Position numbers and translations under genes: made by a program. The notes beneath the pieces were generated by a model. That model was not told the origin of the DNA and did no database searches. It saw only the letters and a list, made by a program, of their open reading frames with translations. 64,000 bases of DNA from Trueperaceae bacterium (GTDB taxonomy: Bacteria; Deinococcota; Deinococci; Deinococcales; Trueperaceae). Of this stretch, positions 9,655 through 19,105 are shown piece after piece. Location: assembly GCA_965214405.1 (NCBI GenBank), contig OZ243956.1, positions 2,304,001-2,368,000 of the forward strand, read 5' to 3'. How positions within the stretch are numbered: the first letter of the stretch is position 1; every line of letters starts with the position of its first letter.

Positions 9655-9998
9655 CAACTCCCCCGGTAGGTGCTGTAACTCCACGGACTCACGAGCAGCG
9701 GCACGTGATAATTCTGCGTCTTATCAGCAATACCGAAGCGGACGGGCACGGCGTCTAAAAACTTGGGTTCGGGTAAAGCTAAGTCGGCAAAATAATCACC
9801 CACGTGAAAAAGAAGCTCGAACACGCCGACTTCCAAATCATCCAAAAGCAAGGGAGCGTCCGTGCGTCCATCTTGATTAGTGGTGAAGCTCGCTAGGTGC
9901 TGCCTCGAGTCGCTCGCCACAAAAAAGAGGTCGATCTTGAGACCCGCGGCGGGTCGGCCCCTGGCGGTGTCCAACACGTGCGTGCTGAGGCGGCCCAT
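9654..9998 (-). CDS. uraH: 5-hydroxyisourate hydrolase
   Basis: [14 protein letters not shown] start and [18 protein letters not shown] end. Confidence 0.95.
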   Translation of the reverse strand: MGRLSTHVLDTARGRPAAGLKIDLFFVASDSRQHLASFTTNQDGRTDAPLLLDDLEVGVFELLFHVGDYFADLALPEPKFLDAVPVRFGIADKTQNYHVPLLVSPWSYSTYRGS

Positions 9999-10522
9999 CA
10001 CCAGCCCTCGCATTTTCGCAGCGCGGTTATTTGCGCCGCGTGGTGCTCGCCGTGCCACGCGTAAAGCGCGAGATTGCGCTCGAGGGTAGACTTCCCTAAC
10101 TTGGGATGCTGGAAAGTTCTCTGCCAATCACTCTCAGAGAGCGACCTCAGAAGCAGCACCCAGCGTTTATGCAGCGCGTCTAAAAGGGCCAAGGAAACCT
10201 CGACGGGCGCGCTCGAGTCCTCCAGCTCCGCCCACCGCGCCTCGTCGTAGGGGCGAATGGTGGGATTATCTTCGGTCAGGGCCAGTTTGAAGCGGGTGTA
10301 GGCGTTGAGGTGGCTGTCGGGCAGGTGATGCACCACCTGCCGCACGCGCCAGCCGCCGGGTCGGTAGGGCGTCTCGAGCTGCGCTTCGGAAAGTCCGTTA
10401 AGAGCGTTCCGCAACCTCTGAGGCAACCCGGCGACGCTGTCTAACCACGCGTCACGCTGAACGTCGCTCGTTTCGGTCGGCGCGACAAATTTGCCGATGG
10501 GGTAGCGCAGGTCCTCAGTCAT
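9998..10522 (-). CDS. bstA: YfiT/DinB-family bacillithiol S-transferase-like protein
   Basis: [25 protein letters not shown] and YAWHGEHH motifs. Confidence 0.88.
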   Translation of the reverse strand: MTEDLRYPIGKFVAPTETSDVQRDAWLDSVAGLPQRLRNALNGLSEAQLETPYRPGGWRVRQVVHHLPDSHLNAYTRFKLALTEDNPTIRPYDEARWAELEDSSAPVEVSLALLDALHKRWVLLLRSLSESDWQRTFQHPKLGKSTLERNLALYAWHGEHHAAQITALRKCEGW

Positions 10523-11459
10523 CTTGCGTCATCGTGAGGCCGATGTGACCGTAGGGCGGGCGCGGGTCGGTGCGGACGGCCACGGTTGCGTCCTTTTCGG
10601 AGGTGTAGGCGGGGTCCCATAACCTGTTTTGCGCTTCAAAAGAGACTTCGGCGAGCTGCGGAAAGCGGGTCAAGAGGCTCGAGCCCATCTCAAAAACGAG
10701 GTGCTGAATGGAGCGGCTGTTGAATGCGTGAAAAATCGCCACCATAAGGTCGCGCACTTGCTCCCCAGCGACGTAGCGGGAGGCGTTTTCATTAAGGGCA
10801 TCCTGAATGTTCGCGTAGCGCCAAAACACATCCAGATGAATGAAAAGCGGACGGTCCACCGCCTCGGGCAGCGTGGTGTGCTCATCGCGGATGAACGAGG
10901 TGAACGAACTCCCGGTGGTCTTGATGAGTTCCAGACCGACGCGGCCACAAGAATGGTCGGTAACGGTGACGCCCTCGCTGTTATCTTCACCCTCCCGCTC
11001 AAAGGTGAGTTCGGCGGCGGAGGCGTCGTTATGCGAGCGGTGGAACAGCACAGGGCTAGGCGCGAAACTTTCGTTTGAGGGAACTTGCGCGGGCTCAAAA
11101 GGCACCTCCTCGCCCGTCAGCCTGAGCGATTCCATTTCCGGATAGGTCGTCAGAAAGGCGCGGCCCAGAAAGTTAAGGTAGCCCTCGAGCGTGGCCCCGC
11201 CAAACTCCAACGCTTTTTTGAGCACAAAGTTCTTCATGCTGTCCGTGGCGACGACGTTGCTGTTGTCGCCCTCGGTGTAGGCGGGAACGAAGTTGTGGCC
11301 CAGCACCTGCACGTCAACCTGGGCAGCAAAGAGCGCGTTGGGGCGGCCCGTAAAGGACGATTCGGGGATGGGGGTGAGGCCTTGTAGGGGCTTAGCGGCG
11401 AAGCGGTAGGCGGTGACCTCGGCCTTGCCGTAGTCAATCGAGGTGATTTTTGCGCTCAT
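10515..11459 (-). CDS. pucL: factor-independent urate oxidase (uricase)
   Basis: YGKA, VVATDSMKN, KTTGSSF, DRPLF and SIQHL motifs. Confidence 0.92.
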   Translation of the reverse strand: MSAKITSIDYGKAEVTAYRFAAKPLQGLTPIPESSFTGRPNALFAAQVDVQVLGHNFVPAYTEGDNSNVVATDSMKNFVLKKALEFGGATLEGYLNFLGRAFLTTYPEMESLRLTGEEVPFEPAQVPSNESFAPSPVLFHRSHNDASAAELTFEREGEDNSEGVTVTDHSCGRVGLELIKTTGSSFTSFIRDEHTTLPEAVDRPLFIHLDVFWRYANIQDALNENASRYVAGEQVRDLMVAIFHAFNSRSIQHLVFEMGSSLLTRFPQLAEVSFEAQNRLWDPAYTSEKDATVAVRTDPRPPYGHIGLTMTQDD

Positions 11460-11980
11460 GCGGGGTCTCCTAGCAGCGCCTCGAGCCTGAAGCGGGCGAT
11501 TTTGTACACTTCGGCGAGGGCGGTCCGGCGTTCTTCCTCGGCGCTGTGGGGTAAACGAGACTCAAAAGAAGCGAGGATGCTCTCTTTGGTGTGCCCTTTG
11601 ACGGCCAAAATGAAAGGAAAGCCGAATTTCTCTTTATACGCGTCATTGAGCGCGTGAAAGCGTCTGTACTCGTCTTCGCTCAAACGGTCCAGACCTGCGC
11701 CTGCTTGCTCTCTGCTCGAGGCCGCCGTCAAACCCCCCGCCCGTGCCGCCTTGCCCGCCAAATCGGGGTGCGCGCGGATGAGCTCGAGCTGTTTTTCCCC
11801 AGCCTCTTCGACCACCCCGACCATCGCGCGGTAAAGCCCCTCAACGGATGCAAAGGGACGCGCCGCCCCCGCGCCTTCGGCCACCCAGGGGGAGTGCTCG
11901 AACACGCCTCCCAAAAGGTCGACGAAACGCGCTTGGTCGGCGCGGTTGAGCGCGGCGAGCGTGAGTAACGGGGTTTCCAT
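11456..11980 (-). CDS. uraD: OHCU decarboxylase
   Basis: FEHSPWVAE, AHPDLAG, SSREQAGAGL and KFGFPFI motifs; TATACT upstream of the ATG at 11980. Confidence 0.93.
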   Translation of the reverse strand: METPLLTLAALNRADQARFVDLLGGVFEHSPWVAEGAGAARPFASVEGLYRAMVGVVEEAGEKQLELIRAHPDLAGKAARAGGLTAASSREQAGAGLDRLSEDEYRRFHALNDAYKEKFGFPFILAVKGHTKESILASFESRLPHSAEEERRTALAEVYKIARFRLEALLGDPA

Positions 11981-12089
11981 AATGGCTTGAGTATAACGTG
12001 CTGAGAATACCCTGCGGGCTCGAGCGCCAAACGCCACAGGAGCGCGGCGGAGGCTAAACTAAGGAGCATGATGAATTCTGGACGCAATC

Positions 12090-12851
12090 ATGACCGTTGA
12101 CCTCAACGCCGACGCGGGCGAATCGTTCGGCCCCTGGACGATGGGCGCGGACGAGGCGCTTTTTGCGAGCCTCACCTCAGTCAACTTAGCCTGCGGCTTT
12201 CACGCGGGCGACCCCCTGACGATGCACAAGACGGTGCAATTGGCCGCCGCGCATGGCGTGCAGGTGGGGGCGCATCCGGGCTTTCCCGACCGCGTCGGCT
12301 TCGGGCGGCGCGACGTGGGCGCGAGTTTTGAGGAGGTCTACACAGATGTGCTCTACCAGCTTGGGGCGCTGCACGCTTTTTTACGCGCCCAAGGCGCGGC
12401 GCTCCACCACGTCAAGGCGCACGGCGCGCTTTACCTCAAGATGATGCGCGACGAGGCGACGGCCCGCGCGGTGGCGGCGGCGGTGCATGACTACGACGCC
12501 TCGCTCCCACTGGTCATCCTCGGCGGACCCGGCGGGGAGGGAATGGCGAGGGCGGCGGAAGAGGCGGGGGTGAAAGTCGTGCGGGAGGCTTTTCCTGACC
12601 GGGCGTATCTCGAGAACGGTCACTTAGCCCCGCGTAGCCTCGAGGGCGCGGTCATCCCTGACCCCCAGCAGGCCGCGGCTCGAGCCGTCCGAATGGTGAC
12701 GGAGGGCCGTATTGAAACCTTGGACGGCGGCGAGACCGAGATACAGGCGCAGACGCTCTGCGTTCACGGCGACAATCCCGAAGCGCTGAGCATCGCCGCG
12801 GCGGTGCGGGGGGCGCTCGAGGCCGCGGGCGTGTCCGTGCGGGCTTTCTGA
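12090..12851 (+). CDS. pxpA: 5-oxoprolinase subunit A (LamB/YcsF family)
   Basis: DLNADAGES, NLACGFHAGDP, HVKAHGALY and CVHGD motifs. Confidence 0.93.
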   Translation: MTVDLNADAGESFGPWTMGADEALFASLTSVNLACGFHAGDPLTMHKTVQLAAAHGVQVGAHPGFPDRVGFGRRDVGASFEEVYTDVLYQLGALHAFLRAQGAALHHVKAHGALYLKMMRDEATARAVAAAVHDYDASLPLVILGGPGGEGMARAAEEAGVKVVREAFPDRAYLENGHLAPRSLEGAVIPDPQQAAARAVRMVTEGRIETLDGGETEIQAQTLCVHGDNPEALSIAAAVRGALEAAGVSVRAF

Positions 12852-12897
12852 TTCGTGCGGGAAACGTTTTGAGCCTCCGTAAGCTTCTCAGGGAGAT

Positions 12898-14418
12898 GTG
12901 AGGGTGAGTTATCCTTTGTGGAGCGGCTTCTACTTACGGTTTGGGGATGAGCTCGAGCCCGCGCTCAACCGCCGGATTCACGCGCTCACCGCGCGGCTTT
13001 TGGAAAGCCCTCTCCCCGGCGTCACCGACCTCATCCCCGGTTACACCACGCTTTACGTCGAGTACGACGCGCGCACGCTCTCCGAGGCGCGGGTGCGGGG
13101 ATGGGTGGAAGCGCAGAGGGAGGGGGAGGCGGGGCTCGAGCAGACTCCCGAACCTCCCGTCATCGAAATTCCCGTGGTCTACGACGGGGAAGATTTGCCC
13201 GACGTGGCGCAGCGAACGGGCTTGAGCGTCGAAGACGTTATCGCCAAACACGCCGCGCCCCGCTACGACGTTTACGCGCTCGGCTTTACCCCCGGCTTCG
13301 CTTTTATGGGCGAGGCTGACCCCGCGCTGAGGCTGCCCCGCAGGCCGAGCCCGCGCGCGCGGGTGCCCGCGCATTCGGTGGCGATGGCGAATCATCAAAC
13401 GGGCGTCTATCCGACTCCTTCACCCGGTGGCTGGAACTTGCTGGGCCGCACGCTGGTGCGGCTTTATGACCCGCACCGGGACGCGCCCTTTTTGCTCGAG
13501 CCCGGTAGCCATGTGCGCTTCATTCCCTCTCAAGGCGAGCCGCCGGGTGAGTTCGCGCCGCTCGAGCTTCTGCCCAAAAATCCTCAACATCCTTTTCTGA
13601 GGGTGCTCGAGCCCGGCCTGCTCGACGTGGTGGTAGACGAGGGACGCTTTTCGGGTGGGCGCTACGGGCTTTCGCGGAGCGGGCCGCTCGACGCGCGTTC
13701 GGCGGGGTTGGCGAACGCGCTTTTAGGCAACCCCAGGGGGGCGACGCTGCTCGAGCTCAACCTCTGCGGGGGGATTTTTGAAGCGCTCACAAAGGGCGTC
13801 GTGGCCTTTGCGGGTTGGGGGATGGTGCCGGTTGTGAACGGTCGAGAGATAGCACCGTCTGAAAGTTTTGGGCTCGAGCCGGGTGACGTGCTGAGCTTCA
13901 AAACCATCCCGCACGGCAGCCGGGGTTACCTGGCGCTCGCGGGAGGTTTAGAAAGCGGACGCTTTTGGGGCAGCGCCTCGGCGGATGTGCGGGGCAAGCT
14001 TGGGCGGCCCTTGGAGGCGGGCGACGTGCTCGGCGTGGCGGAGGTTCGTAGGGCGCGGCCCGGCTTCTCTTTTACGCCTTATGCCTCGTTTCGAGACCCC
14101 ACCGTGCTGCGTCTCCTCCCCGGCCCGCAGGCCTCCGCGGAGGCATTGGCGGCGCTCTGCGGTGGGATCTTCCGAGTCGGGAGCGCCGACCGCATGGGCG
14201 TGCGTTTAGAAGGCCCGCGCGTACCCGGTAGCGACGTGCTCTCCGAAGCTGTCCCTTTGGGCGCGGTGCAGGTCACCTCACAAGGCAACCCCATCGTGCT
14301 CCTCAACGACCGCGGGACCCTGGGCGGTTACGCGAAACCGGCGCGGCTCCATCCGGCGGACCTCCCCAAGGCGGCGCAACTCAGGCCGGGGGGCAAAGTT
14401 ACGTTCAAGCGCGGGTAA
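12898..14418 (+). CDS. pxpBC: fused 5-oxoprolinase subunits B/C
   Basis: GFTPGFAFMG and GVYP..SPGGW (B); DRMGVRL and GTLGGYAK (C). Confidence 0.88.
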   Translation: MRVSYPLWSGFYLRFGDELEPALNRRIHALTARLLESPLPGVTDLIPGYTTLYVEYDARTLSEARVRGWVEAQREGEAGLEQTPEPPVIEIPVVYDGEDLPDVAQRTGLSVEDVIAKHAAPRYDVYALGFTPGFAFMGEADPALRLPRRPSPRARVPAHSVAMANHQTGVYPTPSPGGWNLLGRTLVRLYDPHRDAPFLLEPGSHVRFIPSQGEPPGEFAPLELLPKNPQHPFLRVLEPGLLDVVVDEGRFSGGRYGLSRSGPLDARSAGLANALLGNPRGATLLELNLCGGIFEALTKGVVAFAGWGMVPVVNGREIAPSESFGLEPGDVLSFKTIPHGSRGYLALAGGLESGRFWGSASADVRGKLGRPLEAGDVLGVAEVRRARPGFSFTPYASFRDPTVLRLLPGPQASAEALAALCGGIFRVGSADRMGVRLEGPRVPGSDVLSEAVPLGAVQVTSQGNPIVLLNDRGTLGGYAKPARLHPADLPKAAQLRPGGKVTFKRG

Positions 14419-14522
14419 GGTTTTTGATAAAGTGACTGTGAGTCAGAAGCGCGTGGGCGGGTTTGGGAGGCGCTAGAGTGAGTTAAGAGCCACCCTCGAG
14501 CCCATGAGAGGAATTCCCTTCT

Positions 14523-15776
14523 ATGTCATCCAGCACCGTTCATAACGACGCATCATCCCAGCCGCCGCCGCATCAAACGTGCCCGATTGACCACAAAAAG
14601 CTCGCCGCCCAAAAAACCGCGCCTCATCCCGAACCCTTAAGCAGACTCCTCGAGCAAGACGCCAACGGCACCTGGCACGTGCGCGGCTACGCGGAGGCGA
14701 GGGCGCTGCTGCGCGGCGAGGGCACCAAACAGGCGGGTTTTCAGGCGGAAACCTTTGGCGAGCTGCCCTCGGCCATGACGCCGCCCGTTCTCTTTAGAGA
14801 GGGCGAGGCGCACCATGAAAGTCGCACCCAAACCGCCAAGTTCTTCACGCCCGCCACCACCAGCAAACGCTACCGGGGCCTGATGGAGGATTTTTCGGAC
14901 GCGCTCATCGCTGAGTTTAGGCGCGAAGGCCGCGCGGACCTCTCGAGCCTCAGCATGGCCTTGGCGGTGCAGGTGGCGGCGCAGGTGGTAGGGCTGACGA
15001 ACTCGCGCAACGGGGGCATGGCGGGGCGGCTCGAGGCTTTTTTCGCGCAGCAGAACGTCTCACCCTTTCGCTGGCGTCCCAAAGACGTGCTGCATTTCGC
15101 CGCGAACCAGTGGCGCTTAGGGAAATTTTATTGGATGGACGTGCGGCCTGCGGTCAAGGCGCGCCGCAAGGTGCCGCAAGAGGACGTGATTTCGCACCTC
15201 TTGGAGAAGGATTACAGCGATACCGAAATCTTGACTGAATGCCTCACCTACGGCGCGGCGGGCATGGTCACCACACGCGAGTTTATCGGGGTGGCGGCGT
15301 GGCACTTTTTAGAAAATCCGGACTTACGCGAACAGTATGGGGCGGCGGATGAAAAAACGCGCGTGGCGATGCTGCATGAAATTCTGCGGCTCGAGCCCGT
15401 CATCGGCCGCCTCTCCCGGCGCACGACGCAGCCCGTCACGCTTCTTTCAGAGGGCAAAGAGGTTACCCTCCCGGCGGGCGCGCTTCTGGACCTCCACATC
15501 TACGCCATCAACGCCGACGCGTCGGTGGTGGGCGAGGCTCCCTTGCAGCTCTGCCCTATGCGCGAGACCGCGCGCGGCGTGCCCGCCCCCGTGATGAGCT
15601 TTGGCGACGGTCACCACCGCTGTCCGGGCGCGTACATCGCCATCCAGGAAACCGACATCTTCCTCACCCGCTTGCTGGCGCTGCCCGTGACCGTAGAGCG
15701 CGAGCCCGACCTCAGTTGGAGCGAGGTGACCAAGGGGTATGAACTGCGTAATTTTAGGGTGAGGCTCGAGGGTTAA
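14523..15776 (+). CDS. cytochrome P450
   Basis: EILR (ExxR) and FGDGHHRCPG heme-thiolate motifs. Confidence 0.92.
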   Translation: MSSSTVHNDASSQPPPHQTCPIDHKKLAAQKTAPHPEPLSRLLEQDANGTWHVRGYAEARALLRGEGTKQAGFQAETFGELPSAMTPPVLFREGEAHHESRTQTAKFFTPATTSKRYRGLMEDFSDALIAEFRREGRADLSSLSMALAVQVAAQVVGLTNSRNGGMAGRLEAFFAQQNVSPFRWRPKDVLHFAANQWRLGKFYWMDVRPAVKARRKVPQEDVISHLLEKDYSDTEILTECLTYGAAGMVTTREFIGVAAWHFLENPDLREQYGAADEKTRVAMLHEILRLEPVIGRLSRRTTQPVTLLSEGKEVTLPAGALLDLHIYAINADASVVGEAPLQLCPMRETARGVPAPVMSFGDGHHRCPGAYIAIQETDIFLTRLLALPVTVEREPDLSWSEVTKGYELRNFRVRLEG

Positions 15777-15817
15777 AACCCGTTTCGAAAGAAAGGGGCT
15801 GAGACGACAGTAGTTGC

Positions 15818-16444
15818 TCAGTCCTTTTTGTCTTCATAAACAGGCCGCTCCAACTCAAACGTGTCGGTGATGCGGGCGTAGCCCCTACCCGCCAGCCTGC
15901 CCACAGGTTTTAGCTTAGCAATGTCAATTTTGTCCCCATCTATCAGCACGTCATCATCTACGTGGATGTGCGTAATGCGCCCCACAACGATGTGGCTGCC
16001 GCTTTCGTCCTCACCCACCGGATAGATATGGGCGACCCTGCATTCAAAATGAACCGGACTCTCGGCAACGCGCGGAGGCTCGACGGTTAGCGAGGGCGAG
16101 GGCGTCACCCCGGCCAGAGCGAATTCGTCCTCACCGTAGGGCGCTTTAATTGAGGTGTGATTCATCGCTTTCGCTAAAGCTTCGGTCACGATGTTGACAA
16201 CGAATTCTCCCGTGCTCCGTACATTTTTGAGCGTGTCCTTAGGCGTACCGGGGTCTTTCATACCGAGGCAGAAGAGCAGCGTCGGCGGGGCCGCGCTCAC
16301 CGCGTTGAAGTAAGAAAAGGGCGCGAGGTTGGGCGTACCCGCCTCACTTAGCGTCGAAATCCAGCCGATGGGGCGCGGCACGATGGAGCCGGTCATGAGT
16401 TTGTAGAGCGTGCGCGGGCTGAGGGTGTCGGGGGAGCGTTCCAT
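15818..16444 (-). CDS. flavin reductase-like FMN-binding protein
   Basis: VPRPIGWIST, NLAPFSYFN and KDTLKN motifs. Confidence 0.9.
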   Translation of the reverse strand: MERSPDTLSPRTLYKLMTGSIVPRPIGWISTLSEAGTPNLAPFSYFNAVSAAPPTLLFCLGMKDPGTPKDTLKNVRSTGEFVVNIVTEALAKAMNHTSIKAPYGEDEFALAGVTPSPSLTVEPPRVAESPVHFECRVAHIYPVGEDESGSHIVVGRITHIHVDDDVLIDGDKIDIAKLKPVGRLAGRGYARITDTFELERPVYEDKKD

Positions 16445-16614
16445 AGGGTACGGTATGTGTTTTCGGCCGTCTAGAACGTGAGCTGGGTGGGCAGCGGGGG
16501 TTTAGGTGAGGCAGGCGTGATGAGGTGGTGAGGAGAGTACCGAAAACTTCTGCTCCTCATCTTTTTATTTCCTTAAGCTATGAGCTTGCTCGAGCCCCTC
16601 CACTTCATCCTATT

Positions 16615-16637
16615 GTAATATGTGGGGGTAATATGTG
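16615..16637 (+). promoter_or_regulatory. tandem 10-bp direct repeat, candidate operator
   Basis: GTAATATGTG-ggg-GTAATATGTG immediately before the AGGAGG RBS of the 16655 gene. Confidence 0.6.
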
Positions 16638-16654
16638 AACAAGGAGGTGCGCGG

Positions 16655-17245
16655 GTGTCCGAGGTAGGCGAGAGAATGGTGGCCGAGCTTGTGCGGATTC
16701 GTGAGGCGCTGGAGCGCGGGCAGACGTTGGGCTTTGGCAAAAAGGAGGAGCCGACGTACCTTTTCGTCCACCACCCCAAAAGCGCGGAGGACGTGGACCA
16801 TCTGTGGTACTGGCGCGATAAGAACCAGCGAGTCAACCATCCCATTCGTGAGAGCGATCTGACGGGCTTTTTGAGGAGCGTCTATAGGCGCGACCGGAAC
16901 GACTCGAGCGGCGACGCGGTGCCCCTCCTCAACGTTTTTATCGACGCTGACAAGCCCTACGTGCTGCAAACGGGATTTTTTACCAACTTTTCGATTTCTT
17001 TGCTGGCGGCTCTGAACGAGCTGGAGCAAGGTGACTTAAGTGAGCCCGTCACGCTCGTGGCCGAGATGAGCCCCGGCAGACGGAGCAGGCCCACGGTGTT
17101 CTGCCGGGTGGAGCGGCGCGGGCAACGGCTCTTGCCAGTATTCAGCAAGAAAAACGACGTGCAAAAGCTTTATGACGCGGTGGTGGAACGGTTTGGCTTT
17201 ACCAACCCACTTGGCGGGACAGAAGGGGAGGACCACAGTGAGTAA
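16655..17245 (+). CDS. hypothetical protein, first gene of a two-gene operon
   Basis: AGGAGG RBS then GTG; globular, aromatic-rich sequence; stop overlaps the next start. Confidence 0.8.
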   Translation: MSEVGERMVAELVRIREALERGQTLGFGKKEEPTYLFVHHPKSAEDVDHLWYWRDKNQRVNHPIRESDLTGFLRSVYRRDRNDSSGDAVPLLNVFIDADKPYVLQTGFFTNFSISLLAALNELEQGDLSEPVTLVAEMSPGRRSRPTVFCRVERRGQRLLPVFSKKNDVQKLYDAVVERFGFTNPLGGTEGEDHSE

Positions 17246-18161
17246 AGAGGTGAGTGAAAAGAACAACGCAAGCAGCAACGCATTTTTCGAGGGAGGCGCG
17301 GACGCGACCGAAATCCGCCGCAAGTACGCGCACTTCCAGCGACTCATGACCGAACTCATGTGGGACTGTCTCGTCGGCACGGACGAGCACCCGATACCTG
17401 AAGACGACATCGAGACGCACTGGATTAGCTTTGAGGACGGCGAACCGCTCAAACACACCCTCCACCTGCCCGCGGGCGAGTTTGACGAGGGCGAACCCAT
17501 CTACAACGAGTACAACAAGGCTGTCTACGTCGTAAAAAACGTGGAGGTTCTGCCGGAGATTAGGGCGAGGCTAGGGGAGTTAGAGCGCGTCCAAAACGAG
17601 GCCAAGGGGCTCGCGGGCCTCACCAAGGGGGGCGTGTCCAAGCATCTGCTTTATCCAGAACTTTACGAAGGTGCCGAGCTGGTGCGTTACAAACGGTTGA
17701 CGAGTTTTGACAGCCACTTGAGGGACAAGGCGTTTATTGTAGACCGTCTGAGACGCCATTTACAAGACCTCAAAGAGGTGACCGCCGAAAAGTACGCGCC
17801 CCGCGCCTCTTTCGAGGACCCTGTGCTGGACAGACGCTACGCCGAAATGCGCGACGTCGAGGCGCATATCGAGCTCATCACCGACTACCCTGAAGACGAG
17901 TTCCGCGAGCGCCGCCGCTACGAACGGGTGCAGCCTTACGTGTATTTTGAAGACGGCTCGGCGCGGCAGGTCTACCTCAAAGACGTGGGTTTTATCGTCA
18001 CGGGCGACGACGTCGAGGTCCGTGACGACAGCGCGCGCACCCGGCGGCGGCACGGGGGCAAGAGCGACCTAGCGCCGCTCATCACTTTTGCCAAAACGAC
18101 CGAGGTGTATAGCGAACGCGAGTGGCGCGAGGCGCATCCGCAGTACGGGACGAGGGGGTGA
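17238..18161 (+). CDS. hypothetical protein, Tus (replication terminator)-like
   Basis: GGAGG RBS then GTG at 17238; 307 aa; motif order resembles recalled E. coli Tus. The CDS is well supported; the function is tentative. Confidence 0.5.
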   Translation: [307 protein letters not shown]

Positions 18162-18276
18162 GGCAGGACCGAGTGATGAGTGGAAAGTGCTGAGTGAAAA
18201 GTAGAGTCAGCGGCTCATTCCCTCCGCTCTGCCGTGGAATGGGTGTGTGCGTTCAATAAGAAGTAAGACTTATTGC

Positions 18277-18307
18277 AAAAAAAGAAAGCCGCCTCTGTGG
18301 GCGGCTT
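18277..18307 (-). terminator. intrinsic terminator of the ATP synthase operon
   Basis: AAGCCGCC/GGCGGCTT stem followed on the minus strand by TCTTTTTTT. Confidence 0.8.
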
Positions 18308-18328
18308 AAAACGTGCTTTGGGCTTGGC

Positions 18329-19018
18329 TCAAGCAGGAAAGGCGGGTTTAGCGGCCTCGCTCTGGGGTTCGCCGTGGGGCGGCATCCCCTCTGCCGCTTC
18401 TCGAGCGTCGAGCTTGGCTTTAATGCGTTTCAAGACGGTGATTTCTTCCAGGGCGCGCTGGTCTAAGACGCTGCGGATGTCCTTGATTTGCAGGCTGATG
18501 CCGGGGATGACGATCTGCTCCAAAGCGTTCACGCGCCGGGAAGTTTTCTTAATCTCCTCACCCACGCGCCGCAGCCGCGTTTCGGTGGCGGCCACCTGGA
18601 CGAGCGCCTCGGTGAGTTTGCGAAACTGCGCGGCGGCGTCTAAAGTGCGCGTGCCCGCGTTGATGGGCGAGAAGGGCAGCTTGTCGTCGAACTTGGGAGC
18701 CTGCACCTGCGGCACCTTGACGCCGAAGAGGTTTTCCACCTTGATGTCGACCTCGAGCCCCGTCCCCTCAGCCAGACTGAGGCTCTGAAGCGCCTCGGGT
18801 CCGTCCCAGGCGTTGGCGAGAAAAAGGCTAAAGTACGCCTCCTTGCTCGTCTCGTTGAGCGCGCGGCGCGCGGCTAAAGACTCCTTGACGAGGCCGAAAA
18901 ACTCGCCAATCAGCGCGTCGCGCTTGCGCTTCAAGAGGTCGGCCCCGCGGTTGGCAAGGCGCAACTGGTCGCGCCGTTGGAGCAGGTTTGAGCGGGTTGG
19001 AGCGATGTTTTCTGCCAT
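18329..19018 (-). CDS. atpD: V/A-type ATP synthase subunit D
   Basis: PTRSNLL, LLKRKRDAL and KKTSRRVNALEQ motifs. Confidence 0.95.
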   Translation of the reverse strand: MAENIAPTRSNLLQRRDQLRLANRGADLLKRKRDALIGEFFGLVKESLAARRALNETSKEAYFSLFLANAWDGPEALQSLSLAEGTGLEVDIKVENLFGVKVPQVQAPKFDDKLPFSPINAGTRTLDAAAQFRKLTEALVQVAATETRLRRVGEEIKKTSRRVNALEQIVIPGISLQIKDIRSVLDQRALEEITVLKRIKAKLDAREAAEGMPPHGEPQSEAAKPAFPA

Positions 19019-19105
19019 AGAACTCCTTTGGAAGAGTGAAGGGTAAAGGTGGGAAGGGTGAAAAAGTCTCTAACCTCGGACTTCCGCCCCTCCCACTTTA
19101 GAACC

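Noticed and set aside
16605..16640. Canonical enterobacterial Ter site
   Set aside because: Only TTGTAA matches; the GTTGTAAC core is absent
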